Shown: positions 23,501 to 37,124 of the stretch, in pieces
Numbering within the stretch: position 1 is the stretch's first letter
How the letters are laid out: the number at the start of each line of letters is the position of its first letter
From: Macrostomum lignano
Taxonomy: Eukaryota
Length of the DNA stretch: 64,000 nucleotides
Direction: 5' to 3'
NCBI GenBank assembly: GCA_002269645.1
Contig: NIVC01000061.1
Coordinates: 372,001-436,000, forward strand
Made by a program: the position numbers and the translations under genes
The notes under the pieces: generated by a model
What the model saw: only the letters and a program-made list of their open reading frames with translations
What the model was told of the DNA's origin: nothing
Database searches by the model: none

Positions 23501-26500
23501 GATTTCATTGGGAATCTGCCGAGATCTCACTGTAGATTTCATTGGGAATCTGCCGAGATCTCACTGTAGATTTCATTGGGAATCTGCCGAGATCTCGCTG
23601 TAGATTTCATTGGGAATCTGCCGAGATCTCGCTGTAGATTTCATTGGGAATCTGCCGAGATCTCACTGTAGATTTCATTGGGAATCTGCCGAGATCTCAC
23701 CGTAGATTTCATTGGGAATCTGCCGAGATCTCACTGTAGATTTCATTGGGAATCTGCCGAGATCTCACCGTAGATTTCATTGGGATTCTGCTGAGATCTC
23801 ACCGTAGATTTCATTGGGAATCTGCCGAGATCTCGCCGTAGATTTCAGTGGGAATCTGCCGAGATCTCACTGTAGATTTCATTGGGAATCTGCCGAGATC
23901 TCACTGTAGATTTCATTGGGAATCTGCCGAGATCTCACTGTAGATTTCATTGGGAATCTGCCGAGATCTCACCGTAGATTTCATTGGGAATCTGCCGAGA
24001 TCTCACCGTAGATTTCATTGGGAATCTGCCGAGATCTCACTGAAGATTTCATTGGGAGTCTGCCGAGATCGCACTGTAGATTTCATTGGGAAGCTGCCGA
24101 GATCTCACCGTAGATTTCAGTGGGATTCTGCCGAGATCTCACCGTAGATTTCATTAGGAATCTGCCGAGATCTCACTGTAGATTTCATTGGGAATCTGCC
24201 GAGATCTCACTGTAGATTTCATTGGGAATTTGCCGAGATCTCACTGTAGATTTCATTGGGAATCTGCCGAGATCTCACTTTAGATTTCATTGGGAATCTG
24301 CCGAGATCTCACTGTAGATTTCATTGGGAATCTGCCGAGATCTCACCGTAGATTTCAGTGGGATTCTGCTCAGATCTCACTGTAGATTTCATTGGGAATC
24401 TGCTGAGATCTCGCCGTAGATTTCAGTGGGATTCTGCCGAGATCTCACTGTAGATTTCATAAGGAATCTGCCGAGATCTCACTGTAGATTTCAGTAGGAA
24501 TCTGCCGAGATCTCACTGTTGATTTCAGTAGGAATCTGCCGAGATCTCACCGTAGATTTCAGTGGGATTCTGCCGAGATCTCACTGTAGATTTCATTGGG
24601 AATCTGCCGAGATCTCACTGTAGATTTCATTGGGAATCTGCCGAGATCTCGCTGTAGATTTCATTGGGAATCTGCCGAGATCTCACTGTAGATTTCATTG
24701 GGAATCTGCCGAGATCTCACTGTAGATTTCATTGGGAGTCTGCCGAGATCTCACTGTAGATTTCATTGGGAATCTGCCGAGATCTAACCGTAGATTTCAG
24801 TGGGATTCTGCCGAGATCTCACTGTAGATTTCATTAGGAATCTGCCGAGATCTCACTGTAGATTTCAGTAGGAATCTGCCGAGATCTCACTGTAGATTTC
24901 AGTAGGAATCTGCCGAGATCTCACTGTAGATTTCATTGGGAATCTGCCGAGATCTCACCGTAGATTTCATTGGGAATCTGCCGAGATCTCACCGTAGATT
25001 TCATTGGGATTCTGCCGAGATCTCACTGTAGATTTCATTAGGAATCTGCCGAGATCTCACTGTAGATTTCATTGGGAATCTGCCGAGATCTCACTGTAGA
25101 TTTCATTGGGAATCTGCCGAGATCTCGCCGTAGATTTCAGTGGGATTCTGCCGAGATCTCACTGTAGATTTCAGTAGGAATCTGCCGAGATCTCACTGTA
25201 GATTTCATTGGGAATCTGCCGAGATCTCACCGTAGATTTCAGTGGGATTCTGCCGAGATCTCACAGTAGATTTCATTGGGAATCTGCCGAGATCTCACTG
25301 TAGATTTCATTGGGAATCTGCCGAGATCTCACTGTAGATTTCATTGGGAATCTGCCGAGATCTCACCGTAGATTTCATTGGGATTCTGCCGAGATCTCAC
25401 CGTAGATTTCATTGGGAATCTGCCGAGATCTCGCCGTAGATTTCAGTGGGAATCTGCCGAGATCTCACTGTAGATTTCATTGGGAATCTGCCGAGATCTC
25501 ACTGTAGATTTCATTGGGAATCTGCCGAGATCTCACTGTAGATTTCATTGGGAATCTGCCGAGATCTCACCGTAGATTTCATTGGGAATCTGCCGAGATC
25601 TCACCGTAGATTTCATTGGGAATCTGCCGAGATCTCACTGAAGATTTCATTGGGAGTCTGCCGAGATCGCACTGTAGATTTCATTGGGAAGCTGCCGAGA
25701 TCTCACCGTAGATTTCATTGGGAATCTGCCGAGATCTCACTGTAGATTTCATTGGGAGTCTGCCGAGATCGCACTGTAGATTTCATTGGGAATCTGCCGA
25801 GATCTCACTGTAGATTTCATTGGGAATCTGCCGAGATCTCACCGTAGATTTCATTGGGATTCTGCTGAGATCTCACCGTAGATTTCATTGGGAATCTGCC
25901 GAGATCTCGCCGTAGATTTCAGTGGGAATCTGCCGAGATCTCACTGTAGATTTCATTGGGAATCTGCCGAGATCTCACCGTAGATTTCAGTGGGATTCTG
26001 CTGAGATCTCACTGTAGATTTCATTGGGAATCTGCCGAGATCTCACTGTAGATTTCAGTGGGAATCTGCCGAGATCTCACTGTAGATTTCATTGGGAATC
26101 TGCCGAGATCTCACCGTAGATTTCAGTGGGATTCTGCTGAGATCTCACTGTAGATTTCATTGGGAATCTGCCGAGATCTCACTGTAGATTTCAGTAGGAA
26201 TCTGCCGAGATCTCACTGTAGATTTCAGTAGGAATCTGCCGAGATCTCACTGTAGATTTCATTGGGAATCTGCCGAGATCTCACCGTAGATTTCATTGGG
26301 AATCTGCCGAGATCTCACCGTAGATTTCATTGGGATTCTGCCGAGATCTCACTGTAGATTTCATTAGGAATCTGCCGAGATCTCACTGTAGATTTCAGTA
26401 GGAATCTGCCGAGATCTCACTGTAGATTTCATTGGGAATCTGCTGAGATCTCGCCGTAGATTTCAGTAGGATTCTGCCGAGATCTCACTGTAGATTTCAT

Positions 26501-29500
26501 TGGAATCTGCCGAGATCTCACTGTAGATTTCATTGGGAATCTGCCGAGATCTCACCGTAGATTTCATTGGGATCTGCCGAGATCTCACTGTAGATTTCAT
26601 TGGGAATCTGCCGAGATCTCACTGTAGATTTCATTGGGAATCTGCCGAGATCTCACTGTAGATTTCATTGGGAATCTGCCGAGATCTCACCGTAGATTAC
26701 ATTGGGATTCTGCCGAGATCTCGCCGTAGATTTCATTGGGAATCTGCCGAGATCTCACTGTAGATTTCATTGGGAATCTGCCGAGATCTCACTGTAGATT
26801 TCATTGGGAATCTGCCGAGATCTCACTGTAGATTTCATTGGGAATCTGCCGAGATCTCACCGTAGATTTCATTGGGATCTGCCGAGATCTCACCGTAGAT
26901 TACATTGGGATTCTGCCGAGATCTCGCCGTAGATTTCATTGGGAATCTGCCGAGATCTCACTGTAGATTTCATTGGGAATCTGCCGAGATCTCACTGTAG
27001 ATTTCATTGGGAATCTGCCGAGATCTCACTGTAGATTTCATTGGGAATCTGCCGAGATCTCACCGTAGATTTCATTGGGAATCTGCCGAGATCTCACCGT
27101 AGATTTCATTGGGAATCTGCCGAGATCTCACTGAGATTTCATTGGGATCTGCCGAGATCTCACTGAGATTTCATTGGGAATCTGCCGAGATCTCACCGTA
27201 GATTTCATTGGGAATCTGCCGAGATCTCACTGTAGATTTCATTGGGAATCTGCCGAGATCTCACCGTAGATTTCATTGGGATCTGCCGAGATCTCACCGT
27301 AGATTTCATTGGGAATCTGCCGAGATCTCACCGTAGATTTCAGTGGGAATCTGCCGAGATCTCACTGTAGATTTCATTGGGAATCTGCCGAGATCTCACC
27401 GTAGATTTCATGGGATCTGCTGAGATCTCACTGTAGATTTCATTGGGAATCTGCCGAGATCTCACCGTAGATTTCAGTGGGAATCTGCCGAGATCTCACT
27501 GTAGATTTCATAGGAATCTGCCGAGATCTCACTGTAGATTTCAGTAGGAATCTGCCGAGATCTCACTGTAGATTTCATTGGAATCTGCCGAGATCTCACC
27601 GTAGATTTCATTGGGAATCTGCCGAGATCTCACTGTAGATTTCATTGGGAATCTGCCGAGATCTCACCGTAGATTTCATTGGGAATCTGCCGAGATCTCA
27701 CCGTAGATTTCATTGGGAATCTGCCGAGATCTCACTGTAGATTTCATTGGGAATCTGCCGAGATCTCACTGTAGATTTCATTGGAATCTGCCGAGATCTC
27801 ACTGTAGATTTCATTGGGAATCTGCCGAGATCTCACTGTAGATTTCATTGGGAATCTGCCGAGATCTCACTGTAGATTTCATTGGGAATCTGCCGAGATC
27901 TCACTGTAGATTTCATTGGGAATCTGCCGAGATCTCACTGTAGATTTCATTGGGAATCTGCCGAGATCTCACCGTAGATTTCATTGGGAATCTGCCGAGA
28001 TCTCACCGTAGATTTCATGGGAATCTGCCGAGATCTCACTGTAGATTTCATTGGAATCTGCCGAGATCTCACTGTAGATTTCAGTAGGAATCTGCCGAGA
28101 TCTCACTGTAGATTTCAGTTGGGAATCTGCCGAGATCTCACCGTAGATTTCATTGGGAATCTGCCGAGATCTCACTGTAGATTTCATTGGGAATCTGCCG
28201 AGATCTCACTGTAGATTTCATTGGGAATCTGCCGAGATCTCACTGTAGATTTCATTGGGAATCTGCCGAGATCTCACCGTAGATTTCATTGGGAATCTGC
28301 TGAGATCTCACTGTAGATTTCATTGGGAATCTGCCGAGATCTCACCGTAGATTTCATTGGGAATCTGCCGAGATCTCACTGTAGATTTCATTGGGAATCT
28401 GCCGAGATCTCACTGTAGATTTCATTGGGAATCTGCCGAGATCTCACTGTAGATTTCATTGGGAATCTGCCGAGATCTCACTGTAGATTTCATTGGGAAT
28501 CTGCCGAGATCTCACTGTAGATTTCATTGGGAATCTGCCGAGATCTCACTGTAGATTTCATTGGGAATCTGCCGAGATCTCACTGTAGATTTCATGGGAA
28601 TCTGCCGAGATCTCACTGTAGATTTCATTGGAATCTGCCGAGATCTCACTGTAGATTTCAGTAGGAATCTGCCGAGATCTCACTGTAGATTTCATTGGGA
28701 ATCTGCCGAGATCTCACTGTAGATTTCATTGGGAATCTGCCGAGATCTCACCGTAGATTTCATTGGGAATCTGCCGAGATCTCACTGTAGATTTCATTGG
28801 GAATCTGCCGAGATCTCACTGTAGATTTCATTAGGAATCTGCCGAGATCTCACTGTAGATTTCATTGGGAATCTGCCGAGATCTCACTGTAGATTTCATT
28901 GGGAATCTGCCGAGATCTCACTGTAGATTTCAGGGAATCTGCCGAGATCTCACTGTAGATTTCATTGGGAATCTGCCGAGATCTCACTGTAGATTTCATT
29001 GGGAATCTGCCGAGATCTCACCGTAGATTTCATTGGGAATCTGCCGAGATCTCACTGTAGATTTCATTGGGAATCTGCCGAGATCTCACTGTAGATTTCA
29101 TTGGGAATCTGCCGAGATCTCACTGTAGATTTCATTGGGAATCTGCCGAGATCTCACCGTAGATTTCATTGGGAATCTGCCGAGATCTCACTGTAGATTT
29201 CATTGGGAATCTGCCGAGATCTCACTGTAGATTTCATTGGGAATCTGCCGAGATCTCACTGTAGATTTCATTGGGAATCTGCCGAGATCTCACTGTAGAT
29301 TTCATTGGGAATCTGCCGAGATCTCACCGTAGATTTCATTGGGAATCTGCCGAGATCTCACCGTAGATTTCATTGGGAATCTGCCGAGATCTCACTGTAG
29401 ATTTCATTGGGAATCTGCCGAGATCTCACTGTAGATTTCATTGGGAATCTGCCGAGATCTCACTGTAGATTTCATTGGGAATCTGCCGAGATCTCACTGT

Positions 29501-32500
29501 AGATTTCATTGGGAATCTGCCGAGATCTCACCGTAGATTTCATTGGGAATCTGCCGAGATCTCACTGTAGATTTCATTGGGAATCTGCCGAGATCTCACT
29601 GTAGATTTCATTGGGAATCTGCCGAGATCTCACTGTAGATTTCATTGGGAATCTGCCGAGATCTCACTGTAGATTTCATTGGGAATCTGCCGAGATCTCA
29701 CTGTAGATTTCATTGGGAATCTGCCGAGATCTCACTGTAGATTTCATTGGGAATCTGCCGAGATCTCACTGTAGATTTCATTGGGAATCTGCCGAGATCT
29801 CACTGTAGATTTCATTGGGAATCTGCCGAGATCTCACTGTAGATTTCATTGGGAATCTGCCGAGATCTCACCGTAGATTTCATGGGAATCTGCCGAGATC
29901 TCACTGTAGATTTCATTGGGAATCTGCCGAGATCTCACTGTAGATTTCATTGGGAATCTGCCGAGATCTCACTGTAGATTTCATTGGGAATCTGCCGAGA
30001 TCTCACTGTAGATTTCATTGGGAATCTGCCGAGATCTCACTGTAGATTTCAGTAGGAATCTGCCGAGATCTCACTGTAGATTTCAGTGGGAATCTGCCGA
30101 GATCTCACTGTAGATTTCATTGGGAATCTGCCGAGATCTCACTGTAGATTTCATTGGGAATCTGCCGAGATCTCACTGTAGATTTCATTGGGAATCTGCC
30201 GAGATCTCACTGTAGATTTCATTGGGAATCTGCCGAGATCTCACCGTAGATTTCATTGGGAATCTGCTGAGATCTCACTGTAGATTTCATTGGGAATCTG
30301 CCGAGATCTCACTGTAGATTTCATTGGGAATCTGCCGAGATCTCACTGTAGATTTCATTGGGAATCTGCCGAGATCTCACTGTAGATTTCATTGGGAATC
30401 TGCCGAGATCTCACTGTAGATTTCATTGGGAATCTGCCGAGATCTCACTGTAGATTTCATTGGGAATCTGCCGAGATCTCACTGTAGATTTCATTGGGAA
30501 TCTGCCGAGATCTCACTGTAGATTTCATTGGGAATCTGCCGAGATCTCACTGTAGATTTCATTGGGAATCTGCCGAGATCTCACTGTAGATTTCATTGGA
30601 ATCTGCCGAGATCTCACTGTAGATTTCAGTAGGAATCTGCCGAGATCTCACTGTAGATTTCATTGGGAATCTGCCGAGATCTCACTGTAGATTTCATTGG
30701 GAATCTGCCGAGATCTCACCGTAGATTTCATTGGGAATCTGCCGAGATCTCACTGTAGATTTCATTGGGAATCTGCCGAGATCTCACTGTAGATTTCATA
30801 GGAATCTGCCGAGATCTCACTGTAGATTTCATTGGAAATCTGCCGAGATCTCACTGTAGATTTCATTGGGAATCTGCCGAGATCTCACTGTAGATTTCAG
30901 TGGGAATCTGCCGAGATCTCACTGTAGATTTCATTGGGAATCTGCCGAGATCTCACTGTAGATTTCATTGGGAATCTGCCGAGATCTCACAGTAGATTTC
31001 ATTGGGAATCTGCCGAGATCTCACTGTAGATTTCATTGGGAATCTGCCGAGATCTCACTGTAGATTTCATTGGGAATCTGCCGAGATCTCACTGTAGATT
31101 TCATTGGGAATCTGCCGAGATCTCACTGTAGATTTCATTGGGAATCTGCCGAGATCTCACTGTAGATTTCATTGGGAATCTGCCGAGATCTCACTGTAGA
31201 TTTCATTGGGAATCTGCCGAGATCTCACTGTAGATTTCATTGGGAATCTGCCGAGATCTCACTGTAGATTTCATTGGGAATCTGCCGAGATCTCACTGTA
31301 GATTTCATTGGGAATCTGCCGAGATCTCACTGTAGATTTCATTGGGAATCTGCCGAGATCTCACTGTAGATTTCATTGGGAATCTGCCGAGATCTCACTG
31401 TAGATTTCATTGGGAATCTGCCGAGATCTCGCTGTAGATTTCATTGGGAATCTGCCGAGATCTCACTGTAGATTTCATTGGGAATCTGCCGAGATCTCAC
31501 CGTAGATTTCATTGGGAATCTGCCGAGATCTCACCGTAGATTTCATTGGGAATCTGCCGAGATCTCACTAGATTTCATTGGGAATCTGCCGAGATCTCAC
31601 TGTAGATTTCATTGGGAATCTGCCGAGATCTCACTGTAGATTTCATTGGGAATCTGCCGAGATCTCACTGTAGATTTCATTGGGAATCTGCCGAGATCTC
31701 ACTGTAGATTTCATTGGGAATCTGCCGAGATCTCACTGTAGATTTCATTGGGAATCTGCCGAGATCTCACTGTAGATTTCATTGGGAATCTGCCGAGATC
31801 TCACTGTAGATTTCATTGGGAATCTGCCGAGATCTCACTGTAGATTTCATTGGGAATCTGCCGAGATCTCACTGTAGATTTCATTGGGAATCTGCCGAGA
31901 TCTCACTGTAGATTTCATTGGGAATCTGCCGAGATCTCACTGTAGATTTCATTGGAATCTGCCGAGATCTCACTGTAGATTTCATTGGGAATCTGCCGAG
32001 ATCTCACTGTAGATTTCATTGGGAATCTGCCGAGATCTCACTGTAGATTTCATTGGAATCTGCCGAGATCTCACTGTAGATTTCATTGGAATCTGCCGAG
32101 ATCTCACTGTAGATTTCATTGGGAATCTGCCGAGATCTCACTGTAGATTTCATTGGGAATCTGCCGAGATCTCACTGTAGATTTCATTGGGAATCTGCCG
32201 AGATCTCACCGTAGATTTCATTGGGAATCTGCCGAGATCTCACTGTAGATTTCATTGGGAATCTGCCGAGATCTCACTGTAGATTTCATTGGGAATCTGC
32301 CGAGATCTCACCGTAGATTTCATTGGGAATCTGCCGAGATCTCACTGTAGATTTCATTGGGAATCTGCCGAGATCTCACTGTAGATTTCATTGGGAATCT
32401 GCCGAGATCTCACTGTAGATTTCATTGGGAATCTGCCGAGATCTCACTGTAGATTTCATTGGGAATCTGCCGAGATCTCACCGTAGATTTCATTGGGAAT

Positions 32501-35500
32501 CTGCCGAGATCTCACCGTAGATTTCATGGGAATCTGCCGAGATCTCACCGTAGATTTCAGTGGGAATCTGCCGAGATCTCACTGTAGATTTCATTGGGAA
32601 TCTGCCGAGATCTCACTGTAGATTTCATTGGGAATCTGCCGAGATCTCACTGTAGATTTCATTGGGAATCTGCCGAGATCTCACTGTAGATTTCATTGGG
32701 AATCTGCCGAGATCTCGCTGTAGATTTCATTGGGAATCTGCCGAGATCTCGCTGTAGATTTCATTGGGAATCTGCCGAGATCTCACTGTAGATTTCATTG
32801 GGAATCTGCCGAGATCTCACTGTAGATTTCATTGGGAATCTGCCGAGATCTCACTGTAGATTTCATTGGGAATTGCCGAGATCTCACTGTAGATTTCATT
32901 GGGAATCTGTAGATTTCCGAGATCTCACTGTAGATTTCATTGGGAATCTGCCGAGATCTCATGTAGATTCCATGGACAAAATGTTTATACAAAGAATTAC
33001 AACACCCACCTGTGAAAGTATTGCGAGTGAGGATACGACTTCAGCATCTTCTTGCGAATTTTATCGTAGTCGCCATCGGTCCAGATCTAATAAAAATTAA
33101 AAAGGAGGTGCCGTAAATGAGAGCGTTCTGCTAATAAACTGAAGCATATTTTATTCCAGCCAAAAACAATCTCTAATGTATGAAGCATCTGCGCTGCTCA
33201 CCTCCTGCAGGAACACAATGTCATTTTCGCCCTCCGACATCACATCGGCGATGGCGGCCAGTCGTTCGTGCCGCTTCTCGCACGCCAGCGGGGTGAAGAC
33301 GCCCCTGCCAAAATAGTTTGAGATAAAAGATAGTACACAATGTACATTCACGGTAAATTAGCTAAATAAGTCTACTTGATATGGTTGCTGTAGCCCAGTG
33401 GTCTGGCGCAGTGCTCTGATGTGCCAGCGGCCCAGGCTCGATTCCAAGTGCAGTCACAATAGCTTAATTTAGAGCTAAATTGGAATCTCGGCTTGGCTCT
33501 GCTCGTGCAATTGACGCCCTTGAGGGCCGACCTCAAAGGCACAGTGAAGTGTACATGCCTAACGATAAATAAAGTTAGGGACACTGTACACTCCACTGTG
33601 TGTGCTTGTGCGTATGATTGTGTATTTGTCTGTGCACTTGGGTGCCTGCTCAGGGGAGTTGGCAGAATGGGCAGTAATGCCTCTCGCTGGTTGTGACAAT
33701 ATCGCCTAAAATGCACACATGCCCTGCTTCTAATCAAACGAACTAATGAAGTCCAACTGATTCACCAATATAATTTAATAATTACACCCAAATAATTCTA
33801 ATTCTGAAAATTATGTCCTAGAAATTTCCAATCCAGAATTCCAGTGCACACTACCAGTTTAGATTAGCAAACCATAAACTAGCCTGCAAGACAATGGGGA
33901 TAGTAGGAGCAAAGATCTTTTATAAGAATTAGGATCTGCCCAAAATTGGAACTTTTACAGTGCTCCCTATGATAAATTTTAATGGGAAGTCTTAGAAATT
34001 TAAAAAACCTTATTGCAGAGGATAAAACATTTCACTTAATGATTCAAAAGACAGACAATGAAAATTTAAACAAATTAAATCCAAGAGAAGGCACAAGATA
34101 AAACTTAACTGCCACGACTTTATATTGGTATCAAAAAAATTTATATCATTTCTTAGATGCCCTTTTTGTATGAGACTTTATTCTAAGTCCTATTGTGAAA
34201 AAGCAAGTCTGTATCTATATTTCTATTCTTTAGCTTTTTTCTTTAATTATATTAGGTAAAATTCTAGGGTTAGCCCATAAAAGTTTATTCTATAATGGCA
34301 TTAGAGATGACTTTGATACTCATTCTTCTAAAATTTTGTTGCTAGAAACCTCTGAATCTTTTTAATAGAACTATGCTCAGTTGTAATCTATAGTTTGCAA
34401 GGGCTCTATATTGGAATTTCCAGAATATTTTATATGCTTTTTATATATACTCAAGAATACCCAAGATATAAGAATTTTTAAAATAGAACATTGGTATCTA
34501 TATAATGTGTTAAATATAATTATCAATAACTGTTTGGTAACCAGTAGTTTAAAAACATAGCAAATATGACATCACTAATGATAGGCCCTACTAGTATTAA
34601 TAATATTACTAAAATTAGATACTACTTATAAGCTTTTGTTGATGCTTTTACTTTTAGGAATAACTTTAAAAAACTTTAAATTGAAAAGGCCTAGGCTAGG
34701 CTTAGTAACTTTATATCATTTACTTTATTGCATTAAATTATTTTGTCACATTTTCACAAACTTTTCAGCCTAGGGGGCCTATTTAATAACTGCCAAATGA
34801 CTAAGAAGCCTAAAGCACCCATTACAATTGTATCTGAGACTGATTTGAGGCCTGCAGCCAAGCTTTACAAAACAGGACTATTCAAATGCTACTGTCTATC
34901 ATCTAGTAGTATGTCTTTCTTGGCACAAGGATATTGACTAATAGATAATAGGCCTATAATGGCTTGCAGAATCATGTGGCTATCAATCACTGACTCTATT
35001 TTGTGGACCCCCACAACCCAACCATCTATATGAACTAGTGTTAGGCAAAGTTCCAGCTTTTAGTACCGGAAGTAACTTTTTTTAAAGCGACACTTTTTTG
35101 GGTTCTTTTTTTTAGAATGCCAGACTTCGGCAATGGAAGTTACTTTTTGATAAGTCTGGTCTTCCAGTACTTGAAAATGAAATTTTAGGTGCCAAACAGC
35201 CAGTTTAATAATAAATATTTCCCAAAAGCACAAAACTTTCACCAAAATACTTGTAGTACAATTATAAAAAGGTAAAAAAGATGATCCCAGGTCATGTGGT
35301 TTTACTTTATAAGTTCAAGCACGTTTTAAGCATCATATAGAATCATAAAATGAAGTAATTATTTGTAACTACTATTGCTGAAATAAGACACATTCAAAAC
35401 AATAAATATCCTTATTAAACAACTCCTTGCAAGTTTTCTAACAAGCATCAGTACATCAGGATGCTACCCTCGTGATTTGCAGAACATTTTTTGAAGGCTG

Positions 35501-37124
35501 ATTTCTTCATTTTGATGTTTGTGTAGGACAACATGTGTGATGCATTCTAAGAGCAGTAGCGCAACCAGAAATTTTTCAAGGGGGGGGCGGATTCTGAGGG
35601 TAAAGTCACGGGAGGGGGGGGCGGCGGAGGGGTGGCTCTGTTTTTGGCAAAAATTCGCTTGGTCCCCCCCTTTGATTTTTTTTCGGTCCCCCGCCTAAGG
35701 GGAGCGACTGCCCCCCCCCCCGCCCCCCCCCTGGTTGCGCCACTGTCTAAGAGTGTTTTGACTTTTAACTCCTTTGAGGCTAATTATAATTTTCTATCTG
35801 CAGCGCAAATGCACTAATCAAGTTATTTATAAAGTCTTGTGCATTGGTCCATCTATCAAATTCCAGTCATTTGTTGTCCAGTACTGGTTTTGTTAATTGT
35901 TAACTTTGGCATTTCTAAGGCTACCAGAATATATACTATTTTTGATTCTAAATGAGTTAGCAATACAAAATTATACTTACACTACTGTAAAAGTATAGCT
36001 GCTGTAAAACTACAGCACAATACTACACTGCAATGAGAATGGCCCTCACAAACGAAAAGTTGCCAAAAGTATCCTACACTGATCATTGTGACACATTTAT
36101 TGGACAAAAATTATCTTCATATATACTTCAAAGAGTCAAAATCAACATTTGAAAATTGGCCTCCAACATTTTTTTCTGCAAATTGTGAGTGTATTGTCCT
36201 GATGTAGTGCTAATCTTTGTTTTGTAAAGGTATTATTTATTCATTCAGAATTTTGGATTGATAATACAAAAAATATTATATGTAGCATCTTTATTTGAGT
36301 TGAGGTATAACAACATATGTTTAACTTTAGACCAATACATGTTTTTTTTCATGAAGACATGTAAAAGCAATTACAGTACAAAGTAGTTTTATAAAGTTAG
36401 AAAGGACCGGTAATGGAAGTACCAGAAGTTACTTTTTTAAAAAAAATCCCAATATTAGAACAAGTGCCAGAAGTTACTTTCCTTGGAACTGGAAGTTATT
36501 AACTTGCCCAACACTGATATGAACACCATTGAGGGGTCATGGGCATGTGTCAAGGCCAAATTCAAGGCAATGCATGGCACTAGTGATGCCTTGTTTGATA
36601 CCTACCTCAATGAGTACCTGTGGCACTAGTGCCACCTCTTCCCACCACCAAAAGTGTTTGGGAACTTCCTATATTGGGTTAGGCACTACTATTGACACTC
36701 TAATGACTAATGACTTCATATTTTACTATTTTTCACATAAAAATAATTTACTGCAGTAAAGACAAAGTAAAAGATTTCTGCAAAAACTTGTGTCTTTCTA
36801 ATCAAACTTATCTAACAAGTATGCTGCTTTGGCATAGGACATATGACATACAATATTCATTTTCTTTTGCAGGTCTTAACCATGTCCAAGGATACATTAT
36901 CTTCTGGCATTTGCTTACATACTAGTTTCTTGACTAAGCAATTTCTTTTAATTAATTTTTTTAACCTTTTGAAACTAATATATAGTAAAAGCCTAATACT
37001 CTTTACAAGCCTGACAGTAAGCTACAGATCTTGACTTGATAGACTGGTTAGCTTGTAGCATTTTATAAATAAATCTAAAAAAACGAACTTACCAGCAATT
37101 AAGGGTGACAACTTTAAGTTTCAT
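20544..37124 (-). CDS. SMPD2: Neutral sphingomyelinase 1 (SMPD2-like, EEP fold, two C-terminal TM helices), 387 aa; exons 37124-37093, 33304-33202, 33086-33010, 23299-22905, 22446-22283, 21739-21510, 20706-20544
   Basis: MKLKVVTLNC|WG, DIVFLQE|IW, GSGCCIFSRYPI, GDWFGGKG, THLHAQY, LCGDLN, RLDYVLF, YSDHEAV, and two hydrophobic helices. All six introns are GT-AG with consistent phases; the total of 1164 nt is divisible by 3. Confidence 0.92.
20895..21372. repeat. 30-bp minisatellite (CACTTCCGGTTTCTTATTTCTGGCCTCACT) plus unique inner arm, in SMPD2 intron 6
   Basis: Tandem periodicity of 30. Reverse complement of the 21793-22245 array. Confidence 0.9.
21793..22245. repeat. Inverted copy of the 30-bp minisatellite (CCGGAAGTGAGTGAGGCCAGAAATAAGAAA) plus unique inner arm, in SMPD2 intron 5
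   Basis: Reverse complement of 20895-21372, including the non-repetitive segment 21794-21833 versus 21325-21369. Confidence 0.9.
23466..32966. repeat. 34-bp satellite array (GAGATCTCACTGTAGATTTCATTGGGAATCTGCC), about 280 copies, about 9.5 kb, filling SMPD2 intron 3
   Basis: Tandem periodicity of 34 with no spacers. The unit contains the palindrome GAGATCTC. Confidence 0.97.
33387..33640 (+). mobile_element. tRNA-derived SINE family B copy (SMPD2 intron 1)
   Basis: A box TAGCCCAGTGG, B box GGCTCGATTCC, and a TG-rich tail. Colinear with the reverse complement of 54472-54680. Confidence 0.75.
35036..36516. mobile_element. Non-autonomous hAT-type DNA transposon, 1481 bp
   Basis: Imperfect TIRs TAGTGTTAGGCAA / reverse complement CAGTGTTGGGCAA (11/13). 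Exact 8-bp TSD ATATGAAC at 35028-35035 and 36517-36524. Confidence 0.8.
35554..35745. mobile_element. 192-bp hAT-type MITE nested in the 1.48-kb element
   Basis: TIRs CAGTAGCGCAACCAG / reverse complement CAGTGGCGCAACCAG (14/15). Exact 8-bp TSD TCTAAGAG at 35546-35553 and 35746-35753. Confidence 0.88.

Larger units (their letters stand above)
34952..36695 (+). pseudogene. Merlin/IS1595-like DDE transposase C-terminal relic, split by an insertion (pieces 34952-35035 and 36525-36695)
   Basis: Removing the insert and one TSD copy gives the in-frame reading AYNGLQNHVAINH*LYFVDPHNPTIYMN|TIEGSWACVKAKFKAMHGTSDALFDTYLNEYLWH*CHLFPPPKVFGNFLYWVRHYY*. This matches the H..VNH..FV....N.IE..W...K....G.S...YL.E..W pattern of IS1595/Merlin transposases. 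Two internal stops. Confidence 0.75.

Noticed and set aside
23466-32966. 34-bp repeat with an internal palindrome resembling a CRISPR direct repeat
   Set aside because: Units are head-to-tail with no unique spacers, lie inside a spliceosomal intron, and no cas genes are present.
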